A model generated the notes under the pieces. It was not told where the DNA came from, did no database searches, and was given only the letters and a program-made list of their open reading frames with translations. Shown here piece after piece: positions 31,639-40,488 of a stretch of DNA of 64,000 bases; the first letter of the stretch is position 1, and each line of letters starts with the position of its first letter. Origin of the DNA: an uncultured delta proteobacterium (lineage in GTDB: Bacteria > Desulfobacterota > Syntrophia > Syntrophales > UBA5619); assembly GCA_963817385.1 (NCBI GenBank), contig CAWFOM010000012.1:1-64000 (forward strand). The letters are read 5' to 3'. Both the position numbers and the translations under genes were made by a program.

Positions 31639-32646
31639 ATGGAAAAGTATACAATGGAACAAAAAGAGTTTGATTATCTCCTGCAGATCAGAAATCTTAA
31701 GGTGTATTTTCCGGTGAAGGCCGGGATCATCATGGACCATGTGATCGGATGGGTTAAAGCCTTGGATGGTATTGACATGACCATCAGGCCCATGAAAATT
31801 GTCGGATTGGTAGGGGAGTCCGGCAGCGGGAAGACCACCCTGTCGAAAGTCCTGCTGCTTCAAGAGAAGCCTACGCAGGGGGAGGTGCTCTTCAAGGGGA
31901 AAGAGATACACTCGTTGGCGGGTTCGGAGTTAAAAGCCTACCGACGCACCATTCAAGCGGTTTTTCAGGATCCGTTTGCCTCTCTGAGCCCTCGTATGAG
32001 GGTCCATGAGATCATCACGGAACCTCTGGAGGTATCCGGTACGCTGAGCAAGAAAGAGCTGGAAGACAAAGTCGGGGAAGTGTTGCAATTGGTGGGGTTG
32101 GACACGGGACTCAGGAGGGTCTACCCTCACGAACTGAGCGGGGGCCAGAGGCAGCGGGTGGCCATTGCGCGGGCCATCTCCACGAAGTCGAAAATCATCA
32201 TCCTGGACGAACCCACTTCATCGCTGGACGTCTCCGTCCGCCTGCAGATCGTGGGTCTCTTGATGGATCTGCAAAATACTCTGGAACTCAGTTACTTGCT
32301 GATCGGGCACGACCTGGCAATGGTGGCCTATATGTCCACGGACATCGCCGTGATGTATTTAGGGAAGATTGTGGAATTCGCCGAAACCAAAGAACTCTTG
32401 GAAAACACCATCCATCCATATACCCAGGCCCTTATGGCGGCGTCTCTCCCCAATCACCCTCGGGATAAACGGGAACGGACTGCAGTGTCGGGAGAAATCG
32501 CCAGCCCGTTAAATGTGCCCCCGGGCTGCCGTTTTCATCCCCGATGTCCGGTGAAAAAAACCATTTGCGCGGAGCAGGAACCTCCTTTGGTTGCCGTAGG
32601 GAAAAATCATTGGGTCGCCTGTCACATCGACTATACGGGACCATAA
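31639..32646 (+). CDS. ABC ATPase DppF/OppF-like
   Basis: GESGSGKT, LSGGQRQR, DEPTS, HPYT, GCRFHPRC. Confidence 0.93.
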   Translation: MEKYTMEQKEFDYLLQIRNLKVYFPVKAGIIMDHVIGWVKALDGIDMTIRPMKIVGLVGESGSGKTTLSKVLLLQEKPTQGEVLFKGKEIHSLAGSELKAYRRTIQAVFQDPFASLSPRMRVHEIITEPLEVSGTLSKKELEDKVGEVLQLVGLDTGLRRVYPHELSGGQRQRVAIARAISTKSKIIILDEPTSSLDVSVRLQIVGLLMDLQNTLELSYLLIGHDLAMVAYMSTDIAVMYLGKIVEFAETKELLENTIHPYTQALMAASLPNHPRDKRERTAVSGEIASPLNVPPGCRFHPRCPVKKTICAEQEPPLVAVGKNHWVACHIDYTGP

Positions 32647-32724
32647 TATTTTCAGTTCAACTCAACGGTAACAGTGTACAGAGGTACACATATCTGCCGC
32701 ACGGTTCGCCCTGCCCCTGATCCC

Positions 32725-33744
32725 TTACGGAGAGACGGTGCGATCGGCCAACCATTTTCCGGCTGCCGGGCTGCCCAGCCGGGCCGCCTTGCGCATGTCC
32801 CCCCGGCACTGCCCTTTTTTGCCAACCCCTAAATACGCCATTGCACGCCAGTAGTAAACGGGCGGGAAAGAGGGGGCGATCGCCGCGGCGTTGGTGAAGT
32901 CGACGATGGCACGTTTGTATCGCTTTTGCTTCAGACAGGCAAACCCGCGGTCATAGTAGGCCCAGGCGTAATTCGCATCCACCTTCAGGGTCTTGTGGAA
33001 ATCCTCGATTGCCGCGGCATATCGGCCCTGCCTGCTCCGGATCAGGCCGCGGTTGTAAGTGGCCCAGGCAAGGGCGGCATCGATCGTCAGCGCCCGATTG
33101 TACTCTTCGACGGCCTGGTCCAGCCGGCCCAAGGTCCGCAGAGCCGCTCCGAGATGATACATGGACCAGACATGTTTCGGGTCCAATGACAGAGCCTTCC
33201 GGAAATCGCCGGCAGCCCGTTCCGCCTGGCCTTTCAGGCGAAGGGCAATTCCCCGGTTATAGTAGGCCCAGGGCTCGTGTGGATCATCTGCGACGGTTTT
33301 GGTGTACTCCTCAATCTCCCGGTCCTCCCATTTCTCCGTGCCCCGTGCCGACTGTTCTCTATCCGGGGTGAGGGCTGTTGCCTTGCTGTAGTCCTCCGTT
33401 TCCCGGTCAAAATGGCCTTTCCGGCCGTAAGCCAGACCGCGCCGGTAATACGCCGCCGCATCACCTGGGTCCTCGATGATGGCGAGGGAGTACTCCTCGA
33501 TCGCCCGGTCATGCCTGCCTGCTTTGTCCAAGGCCAGGCCGCGGCCGTAATAGGCCTTTGCGCACCGAGGCGCGCCCGCAACAGCCTTGTCGAGCGACGC
33601 CAAGGCTTCATCATAGGCTCCCCGTTGGAGATCATCCATCCCCTTGGGCAGCCACTCCCCGGCTGTCAGACAAGGATCCGCAGCCATCCCTGTCGCAGCC
33701 CGGAGGAAAAGAAAGACCAGGAAACCCGAGAAATATATTTTCAT
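32725..33744 (-). CDS. Exported TPR-repeat protein
   Basis: Hydrophobic N-terminal signal; repeated AYY.RG.A...G....A...Y..A...P units. Confidence 0.88.
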   Translation of the reverse strand: MKIYFSGFLVFLFLRAATGMAADPCLTAGEWLPKGMDDLQRGAYDEALASLDKAVAGAPRCAKAYYGRGLALDKAGRHDRAIEEYSLAIIEDPGDAAAYYRRGLAYGRKGHFDRETEDYSKATALTPDREQSARGTEKWEDREIEEYTKTVADDPHEPWAYYNRGIALRLKGQAERAAGDFRKALSLDPKHVWSMYHLGAALRTLGRLDQAVEEYNRALTIDAALAWATYNRGLIRSRQGRYAAAIEDFHKTLKVDANYAWAYYDRGFACLKQKRYKRAIVDFTNAAAIAPSFPPVYYWRAMAYLGVGKKGQCRGDMRKAARLGSPAAGKWLADRTVSP

Positions 33745-33999
33745 CTCCTTCCCTCCTTAGCTAACGCAGCATTAATCGGTATGCAGCTTTTTCGTCCGTT
33801 GGGTTGAGCGGGTTAGGACGGTCGATTTCTCTCCGACGGTGATGATGGATCTCCGCGTATCTTCACAAGAGAGGGAAGTTTTCCGGCGAATCCCTCATGG
33901 TCGTCCTTGATGATCATAGCACCGCCCATGCCCTCTAGGGAAACGATTTGATTGAGGCAGGCTCCAATTACGTAAGGCAATTCGCATGCGAATGTCTGC

Positions 34000-34028
34000 T
34001 TGACACACAAGGACGCTTCTCCTATTCT
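34000..34028 (+). promoter_or_regulatory. Sigma70 promoter of the dehydrogenase-GRE-activase operon
   Basis: TTGACA-N17-TATTCT, flanked by palindromes ATTCGCATGCGAAT (33980-33993) and CTTGAATATACAAG (34027-34040). Confidence 0.75.
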
Positions 34029-34098
34029 TGAATATACAAGTAAACTCTTGCCGGATGGGCTTAATGAAAAGAGGTGTGCATTGACAGGAGGCAATCTG

Positions 34099-35121
34099 AT
34101 GAAGGCAGCACGCGTCCGTGAACTGGGGAAAATCGTGATCGAGGATGTGCCGATTCCTGAATTACATGAAAAAGATATTTTGATAGCCGTGCATCGGGCG
34201 GGTATTTGTGGAACGGATGCCGGCGTTGTGGACGGTCATGTGTCCGCGAAATACCCGGTCACCCTCGGGCATGAATTTTCAGGGACCATTGCCAAATTGG
34301 GGAATCCTTCGCTTACGACTTTCAAAGAAGGTGATTCGGTCATGTCCGGCGGCGGCTGGGGGTGCGGAGAGTGCGAGCTCTGTCATCAAGGCCTGGGGCT
34401 GTATTGCAGAAGCAGATTTTCCCTGGGCAGGAATGTGGATGGTTGTATGGCGGAGTTCGTCAAAGTGGACTACCGGGTGGTGCAAAAACTGCCGGAGAAT
34501 GTTTCTTTAGACGAGGCCCAAAATACGGTCAATATTGCCTGCGCCCTGCGGGCTGTCAAAAAAATCGATTTACGAAAGGTGAGGACGGCTGCCGTTTTTG
34601 GACCGGGTAACGCGGGTTTGATCATATTGCAGCTTCTGAAAATGGGGGGCGTGGATAAGGTTGTGATGGTGGGAACCAGGGACTTTCGGCTCGATACGGC
34701 AAAAAGATTTGGTGGTGACGCCGTGGTCAATGTAACAAGGGATGATCCGGTAGAAGCCATTTTGAAATGGTTTCCAAACGGCGTCGATGCGGTTTTCGAG
34801 TCCTCCGGCACGGCGAAGGCGCTGCAAAGCACTTTTTCCGTGGTCAAGTCCAACGGGGCGATTGTGGTATTCGGCATCATCTCGGAGAAGATAAAGAATT
34901 TTGATCCTTCTTTTCTTTACTTCAAAGAACCGGTCATCTATGGATCAAAAGGCGGGAGCGGGGCGTACAGTGAAGCCATTGCACTGCTGGAGGAGAAAAA
35001 GTTGAAGATACTGCCCATGATCACCCACCGGTTTCCGCTTGATGAAACAGCAAAGGCGTTTAAGGTTTTTACCGACAAAATCTCCGATGCCCTCAGAATC
35101 GTCATTGACGTGAGACCCTGA
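34099..35121 (+). CDS. Zn-dependent medium-chain alcohol/polyol dehydrogenase
   Basis: GICGTD, GHEFSG, structural Zn C..C..C.......C, GPGNAG; ATG after AGGAGG. Confidence 0.92.
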   Translation: MKAARVRELGKIVIEDVPIPELHEKDILIAVHRAGICGTDAGVVDGHVSAKYPVTLGHEFSGTIAKLGNPSLTTFKEGDSVMSGGGWGCGECELCHQGLGLYCRSRFSLGRNVDGCMAEFVKVDYRVVQKLPENVSLDEAQNTVNIACALRAVKKIDLRKVRTAAVFGPGNAGLIILQLLKMGGVDKVVMVGTRDFRLDTAKRFGGDAVVNVTRDDPVEAILKWFPNGVDAVFESSGTAKALQSTFSVVKSNGAIVVFGIISEKIKNFDPSFLYFKEPVIYGSKGGSGAYSEAIALLEEKKLKILPMITHRFPLDETAKAFKVFTDKISDALRIVIDVRP

Positions 35122-35136
35122 AAAAAGGAGGTCGGA

Positions 35137-37530
35137 ATGTCCGCCGAAAAGGTCATATCACTTGCCGGCAATTCTCCCGAGTCCCGGGGGAAAAGGTTAT
35201 GGGAGAGGGCGCTGGAAAATAGAAAGCATGCAAAGCTCTCTCTGGCGCGCGCCCTTTTGGTTATGGACAGCTATCGGGAAACGGAAGGCCTCCCATCCCC
35301 GATCAGACGCGCCAGGGCGCTCGAAAAAATTGTAAGCGGGATACCGATATTTATCGATTCGGACGAGTTACTGGTCGGTGCGTTCTCGGCAAAGCCGATG
35401 TATTTTGAGTGGTATCCGGAGTATGCCGTCGACCAGGAGATGTTGTCACAAAATATTGAAGGAATTCTCGCTGAAAATTACAGCCGGGAGGATGTCACAA
35501 GAATCATTCACTATTTCAAAGACAGCTGTTTGCAGAGCAGTTTTTTTTCGCTCCTTGATGACACCCGAAGACGAAAGATCAAAGAAACCTGCGAGGACGG
35601 CGCCTGGGTGTATCGAGCGAAAACAACGCTGGATATCGACCGGGGTTACCATTCGGTGGACTATAACAAGGCCATTCAAAAGGGTTTCCTGGGGGTTATT
35701 GCCGAGGTAGAAAATGAACTGCGGGAGTCAAGAATCCACGACGACGATTCCTATCGGAAAGTCAATTATCTCAAAGGACTTGCAATTGTCCTGAGGGCGG
35801 GAATCCATTACGCCGACCGATACGCCTCTCTCGCCCGGGAGTTGGCAGGCAGGAATTCCGGCAGCAGGAAGTCGGAGCTGGAAACGATTGCGGACGTTTG
35901 CGATCGGGTTCCGGCCAATCCGGCCCGCAGCTTCCATGAAGCCGTCCAGACCTCCTTGTTTCTCCATGTTTTGATACACTTGGAATCAAGGGCGCAGGAA
36001 TCTCCCGGAAGAATGGACCAGTTTTTATTTCCCACCTACCAAAAAGATATCCGGGAGGGCAGGCTCACACCGGAGGCGGCCCTGGAGATTTTGGAGTGCT
36101 TTCGGGTCAAGATGAGCACGCTAAGGCTTTTAAGCAGCATCAAGTACAATGAAATTGTTTCCGGGGAAGCCCAATACCACAATGTGACGCTGGGCGGCCA
36201 AACCCCCGACGGCCGGGATGCCACCAATGAGCTTTCCTATCTTTTCTTGAAGGCGGCGGAGAGGACCCGAACGCCCCATCCGACCCTTTCCATCCGCTGT
36301 CACGATAAAATGCCGAAAGATTTTGCGATAAAAGGCCTGGAGCTGGTCAGGGAGGGGCTGGGGTTTCCCGCTTTTTTTAATGACAAGAGCAATATTCAAT
36401 GGTTATTATCGATCGGCGTCCCATTAGAGGAGGCGAGAAGCCACTGCATCAGCGGCTGTCTTCATAGCATAGTCCCCGGCCGGACATCGCCTTTCGATGT
36501 GTTGTTTATCAGCATCGCAAAATGTTTGGAGCTGGCGCTCCACAACGGTTTCGACCCGAGAACCGCAAGGCAGCTTGGGCCGAAGACAGGCGAATTCAGC
36601 CGAATGCATTCCTATGACGACCTGATTCGCAGTTTCAAGACGCAAGTGGAGACCTTCTCCAAAGAGGGAGGAGCGATCATCAGCGAACAGAAGATTGCCC
36701 GCTCGCAGGCCATCCCGGCCATGATATCTTCCGCCTTCATCGAGGACTGCATCAAAACAGGGAAAGGCTGTCTGGCTGACGGCGCAAGGTACAACATCAT
36801 CATCCAGGCCCCCGTCGGCATGATTGATGCCGCCGATTCACTGGCGGCGATCAGAAAATGCGTTTTTGAAGACGGCGCCGTCGGCAAGCAGGAACTCCTG
36901 GACGCGCTGGCCTTGAACTTCAAGGACAAGGAATCGTTGCGCAAACTGCTGATCAAGGCGCCCAAGTATGGCAACGATGATGACTTTGCGGACGGCATCG
37001 CCGCCGAATTATACGGTTGGTGGTGGAAGATGGTTTCTGAAATCGACGGGCCTTATGGCGTCAAGCAGTTGCCTGCGCCTTACTCTATTTCGGTTCACGG
37101 AGCAGCCGGGAAGCGCGTCGGTGCGCTTCCCAGCGGTCGATTTGCGGGGCAGCCCCTGGCGGACGGTTCCGTATCTCCCTGCCAGGGAGCCGATGTGAAC
37201 GGACCCACCGCGGTGATCAATTCCGCCGGGAAGATCGATCAGGTTCCGTTGTTCGGGACTCTTCTGAATATGAAATTTCACCCTTCCGCGATGAAGACCG
37301 ATGAGGACCTGAAAAAAATATACATACTGATCAAGACATACTTTGACTATGGCGGGAAACACGCCCAATTCAATGTCGTCGACAGCAAGACCCTCAAAGA
37401 AGCGCAGAAGCAGCCTGAGCGCTACCGAAACCTCATGGTGAGGGTGGCAGGTTACAGCGCGTATTTTACGGAACTCAGCTCCAATGTCCAGGATGAAATC
37501 ATCATGCGAACGGAGTTTACCTCCGGCTGA
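35137..37530 (+). CDS. Glycyl radical enzyme (PFL2/dehydratase/decarboxylase superfamily), substrate unknown
   Basis: C-terminal LMVRVAGYSAYF (Gly772); Cys loop GCLH (Cys441); GRMDQFL, TLGGQ..DG.DATNELSY, PKYGNDD. Confidence 0.95.
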   Translation: MSAEKVISLAGNSPESRGKRLWERALENRKHAKLSLARALLVMDSYRETEGLPSPIRRARALEKIVSGIPIFIDSDELLVGAFSAKPMYFEWYPEYAVDQEMLSQNIEGILAENYSREDVTRIIHYFKDSCLQSSFFSLLDDTRRRKIKETCEDGAWVYRAKTTLDIDRGYHSVDYNKAIQKGFLGVIAEVENELRESRIHDDDSYRKVNYLKGLAIVLRAGIHYADRYASLARELAGRNSGSRKSELETIADVCDRVPANPARSFHEAVQTSLFLHVLIHLESRAQESPGRMDQFLFPTYQKDIREGRLTPEAALEILECFRVKMSTLRLLSSIKYNEIVSGEAQYHNVTLGGQTPDGRDATNELSYLFLKAAERTRTPHPTLSIRCHDKMPKDFAIKGLELVREGLGFPAFFNDKSNIQWLLSIGVPLEEARSHCISGCLHSIVPGRTSPFDVLFISIAKCLELALHNGFDPRTARQLGPKTGEFSRMHSYDDLIRSFKTQVETFSKEGGAIISEQKIARSQAIPAMISSAFIEDCIKTGKGCLADGARYNIIIQAPVGMIDAADSLAAIRKCVFEDGAVGKQELLDALALNFKDKESLRKLLIKAPKYGNDDDFADGIAAELYGWWWKMVSEIDGPYGVKQLPAPYSISVHGAAGKRVGALPSGRFAGQPLADGSVSPCQGADVNGPTAVINSAGKIDQVPLFGTLLNMKFHPSAMKTDEDLKKIYILIKTYFDYGGKHAQFNVVDSKTLKEAQKQPERYRNLMVRVAGYSAYFTELSSNVQDEIIMRTEFTSG

Positions 37531-37569
37531 CGATCGATCATCCTGAAGGGGAATGATGCGGCGAGACAC

Positions 37570-38457
37570 ATGAACAGCGGCATGGTTTTTAACATTCAGC
37601 GATTCTCCATTCATGACGGGCCCGGCATCCGGACGACCGTATTTTTGAAGGGGTGTCCCCTTCGCTGTTTCTGGTGTCAGAATCCGGAATCGCAATCGGG
37701 TAAACCGGAAATCGTATTGGACAGGAGAAAGTGCACCTTGTGCGGTGCCTGTTATACCGTCTGTCAAAATGGCGCCGTCCGTCTTGAAGGAAGCGGACCG
37801 ATTTTCGACAGAAGCGTCTGCAGAGGGTGCGGGCGATGCGCGGTCATCTGCCCGAGTGAAGCCCGGCGCCTTTCCGGAAAACGCATGACGGTGGAAGAGA
37901 TCATGCGCGAAATTGTCAAGGATCTGAAGTTCTATGAAAACTCAGGCGGCGGCGTCACCTTGTCCGGTGGTGAACCTCTTACCCAGCCGGAGTTTGCGCG
38001 ACTGATCTTCAAGGAATGCAAGCAGGCGGAATTGCACACTACCCTCGACACTTGCGGTTACGCCCCCTGGCCGGACATTGAGGAATTGCTGGGGTATGTG
38101 GACCTCGTTCTTTTTGATATCAAACATCTCGACGCTTCGAAGCATCGGGAGGCGACCGGGCAGGATAATCTGTTGATTCTTAAGAATGCGAGAAAGATAT
38201 CGAAACTCAAACCGATGCGTATCAGAGTCCCCCTGATTCCGGGATTCAATGATTCCTCCGAGGCAGTAAGCGAAATTGCCGCTTTTGCAGAAAGTGAACT
38301 GGGGTGTCGGGATCTCGACTTGCTTCCTTACAATAGAATGGGTGAAGTCAAATACGATTTTCTGGATAAATCGTGCGTACCGTTGCCGTCGCAAAGCGAC
38401 GACCATCTGCGGACCTTCGAATCGATGATCCGGAACCAAACCGCCCCACCTAAATAG
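37570..38457 (+). CDS. Glycyl-radical activating enzyme (radical SAM, ferredoxin insert)
   Basis: HDGPGIRTTVFLKGCPLRCFWCQNPES; two CxxCxxCxxxC motifs; GGVTLSGGEP. Confidence 0.96.
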   Translation: MNSGMVFNIQRFSIHDGPGIRTTVFLKGCPLRCFWCQNPESQSGKPEIVLDRRKCTLCGACYTVCQNGAVRLEGSGPIFDRSVCRGCGRCAVICPSEARRLSGKRMTVEEIMREIVKDLKFYENSGGGVTLSGGEPLTQPEFARLIFKECKQAELHTTLDTCGYAPWPDIEELLGYVDLVLFDIKHLDASKHREATGQDNLLILKNARKISKLKPMRIRVPLIPGFNDSSEAVSEIAAFAESELGCRDLDLLPYNRMGEVKYDFLDKSCVPLPSQSDDHLRTFESMIRNQTAPPK

Positions 38458-38732
38458 CAGGTCCTGCCGTTTACAAACCCACCGCACCTCTCGCTTTTTA
38501 CAAATTTCCTCTCATTGGCTCATAACAGCGGTAGGGAAGGAACAGGATCTCTCCACTTCGAGAATTTCACGCCGCTATGATTTTGAATGATTGTCGTATC
38601 AGCTCATGAAAAATTTATATGCACGTACTGGACCGGTTTTTCTCAGGGACGTAATATTGGTTGTTTTTTCCCTACAGGGTTTGCTAAAATTCATGTCCAT
38701 TTCTATAAAAAAATCACGAGAGGTGTGATTTT

Positions 38733-39857
38733 ATGAAAAAGCTGTTTGCCTTTCTCACGGGGCTGGCGATCATATCAGTTTTGACTGAATGCACACCCAA
38801 GACGTTGACCGTAGCCACTCAAGAAGTACCACAAGCCGCTACTCAATCCCCGGGAAAACGCCTCTACTGGCCAACCAAGGAATGGCAGGTCACAATCCCT
38901 GAAAAACAGGATATGGACGTCAGCGTCCTAAACCGGATCACCAGTTACGTCCAGGATTCCGGACTTGATGTGGACTCCATCATAGTCGTACGGCACGGCT
39001 ATATCGTCTATGAGAAATACTTCCGTCCGCCCTGGGACAAAGATAAAGTCCACGACATCCATTCCTGCACCAAGAGTGTGCTGGGTTCACTGGTAGGGAT
39101 TGCGATACAACAGGGTAAAATTAAAAGCCTTGATGATAAGATGGTGGACTATTTCCCGAACCGCACCATCCGGAATCTGGACGAGAGGAAAAGAAGCATT
39201 ACCCTGCTCAACCTGATGACCATGAAGGGGGGCTTTGATTGGGCGGAGCGGACCTATCCCTATTCCGACCCCCGCAACCCCATGATTCAGGCGCTTCGCA
39301 GCAACGACACCATTCAATTCGTTTTGGATAAGCCGATGGCCACCCAACCCGGGACAGTCTGGTCATACAACGGAGGGTATTCTCAGATTTTCTCCGCCAT
39401 TATCACGGATAAGACTGGTATGAATACGTTGGAATTCGCTAAGAAGTACCTGTTCAATCCATTGGGAATTACAAAATATATTTGGCGCAGAGACCGGCAG
39501 GGTATCTATAATGGGGGTAGCGGCTTATCGTTGACCCCGCGGGACATGGCCAAATATGGGTATCTCATACTGAACAAAGGTGTTTGGGAAGGGAAGCAGG
39601 TCATCCCCGCCGACTTCGTTGCTGAATCGGTCAAGACCCAGACAATCTTCAATGCGAATTTCGGCTACGGCTATGAAAGCTGGTGGACGATTCCGCAGGA
39701 TGGTTATTATTACGCCGCCGGGATACGGGGCCAGAAAATCTGCGTCATGGAAAAGCAGGACATGGTGGTCGTGACTACGGCCGATCTTCCGGAAGACAGC
39801 CAGACAGAAACCAAAATGCGTAAGATAGCCACGTTTGCCATATCTGCCTGCAAGTAG
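38733..39857 (+). CDS. Exported serine hydrolase, beta-lactamase/AmpC family
   Basis: Signal peptide with Cys; SCTK (SxxK), PG..W.YN, LF.PLGI, LTPRDMAK.G. Confidence 0.88.
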   Translation: MKKLFAFLTGLAIISVLTECTPKTLTVATQEVPQAATQSPGKRLYWPTKEWQVTIPEKQDMDVSVLNRITSYVQDSGLDVDSIIVVRHGYIVYEKYFRPPWDKDKVHDIHSCTKSVLGSLVGIAIQQGKIKSLDDKMVDYFPNRTIRNLDERKRSITLLNLMTMKGGFDWAERTYPYSDPRNPMIQALRSNDTIQFVLDKPMATQPGTVWSYNGGYSQIFSAIITDKTGMNTLEFAKKYLFNPLGITKYIWRRDRQGIYNGGSGLSLTPRDMAKYGYLILNKGVWEGKQVIPADFVAESVKTQTIFNANFGYGYESWWTIPQDGYYYAAGIRGQKICVMEKQDMVVVTTADLPEDSQTETKMRKIATFAISACK

Positions 39858-39886
39858 CAGAACACGGATTAGAGGAAGGGATACCG

Positions 39887-40486
39887 ATGGCTGACAAAAA
39901 ATCTGAAGAGATGAAAATCACCAGACGTGAATTCGTTGCCGGTGCGGGCACGATTCTCGCTTTTGGCGCGGTATCGAACTTGGCAGCCTGCGCACCGACC
40001 GCCACAAAAACGGTAACTCAACCGGGCCTGGAAGGTGTTCCCATATCCGGAATGATCGCCCACGACTCCAACCTATGCGCCGGTTGCGGGGTTTGCGGAC
40101 TGATGTGCGCCTTCACCCATGAAAAAGAATACGGCCATTCACTGGCACGTAATGAACTGGTGCGCGACCCATTTAATGCCGCTTATATCTTCCATGTCTG
40201 CCAGCAGTGTACATCGCCTAATTGCTATTTCGCCTGCCCAAAGAAAGATGTGGCCTTGTGTGTGGATAAAAAGACCGGGGTGAAGTATGTGAATACCGCT
40301 GAATGCCTGGGCTGCGGTAGCTGCTCCAGTGCCTGTCCGTTCACTCCGCCCCGCGCCAATGTGCAGCCGGTGAAGAAGGTCTCCTTTAAATGCGACCTGT
40401 GCCGCAACCGGGGAAATGGACCTATCTGTGTCGAATACTGCACGATGCACGCCCTGAGGAAGATATCCGGAAAGGAGAGGGGGTAG
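39887..40486 (+). CDS. 4Fe-4S dicluster protein with Tat signal and lipobox (small subunit of AOR-family enzyme)
   Basis: TRREFV..hydrophobic..LAAC; four Cys clusters of DmsB type. Confidence 0.88.
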   Translation: MADKKSEEMKITRREFVAGAGTILAFGAVSNLAACAPTATKTVTQPGLEGVPISGMIAHDSNLCAGCGVCGLMCAFTHEKEYGHSLARNELVRDPFNAAYIFHVCQQCTSPNCYFACPKKDVALCVDKKTGVKYVNTAECLGCGSCSSACPFTPPRANVQPVKKVSFKCDLCRNRGNGPICVEYCTMHALRKISGKERG

Positions 40487-40488
40487 GC

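Noticed and set aside
33813..34094. 93-aa minus-strand ORF upstream of the GRE operon
   Set aside because: It overlaps the promoter and operator region and has no recognisable motif
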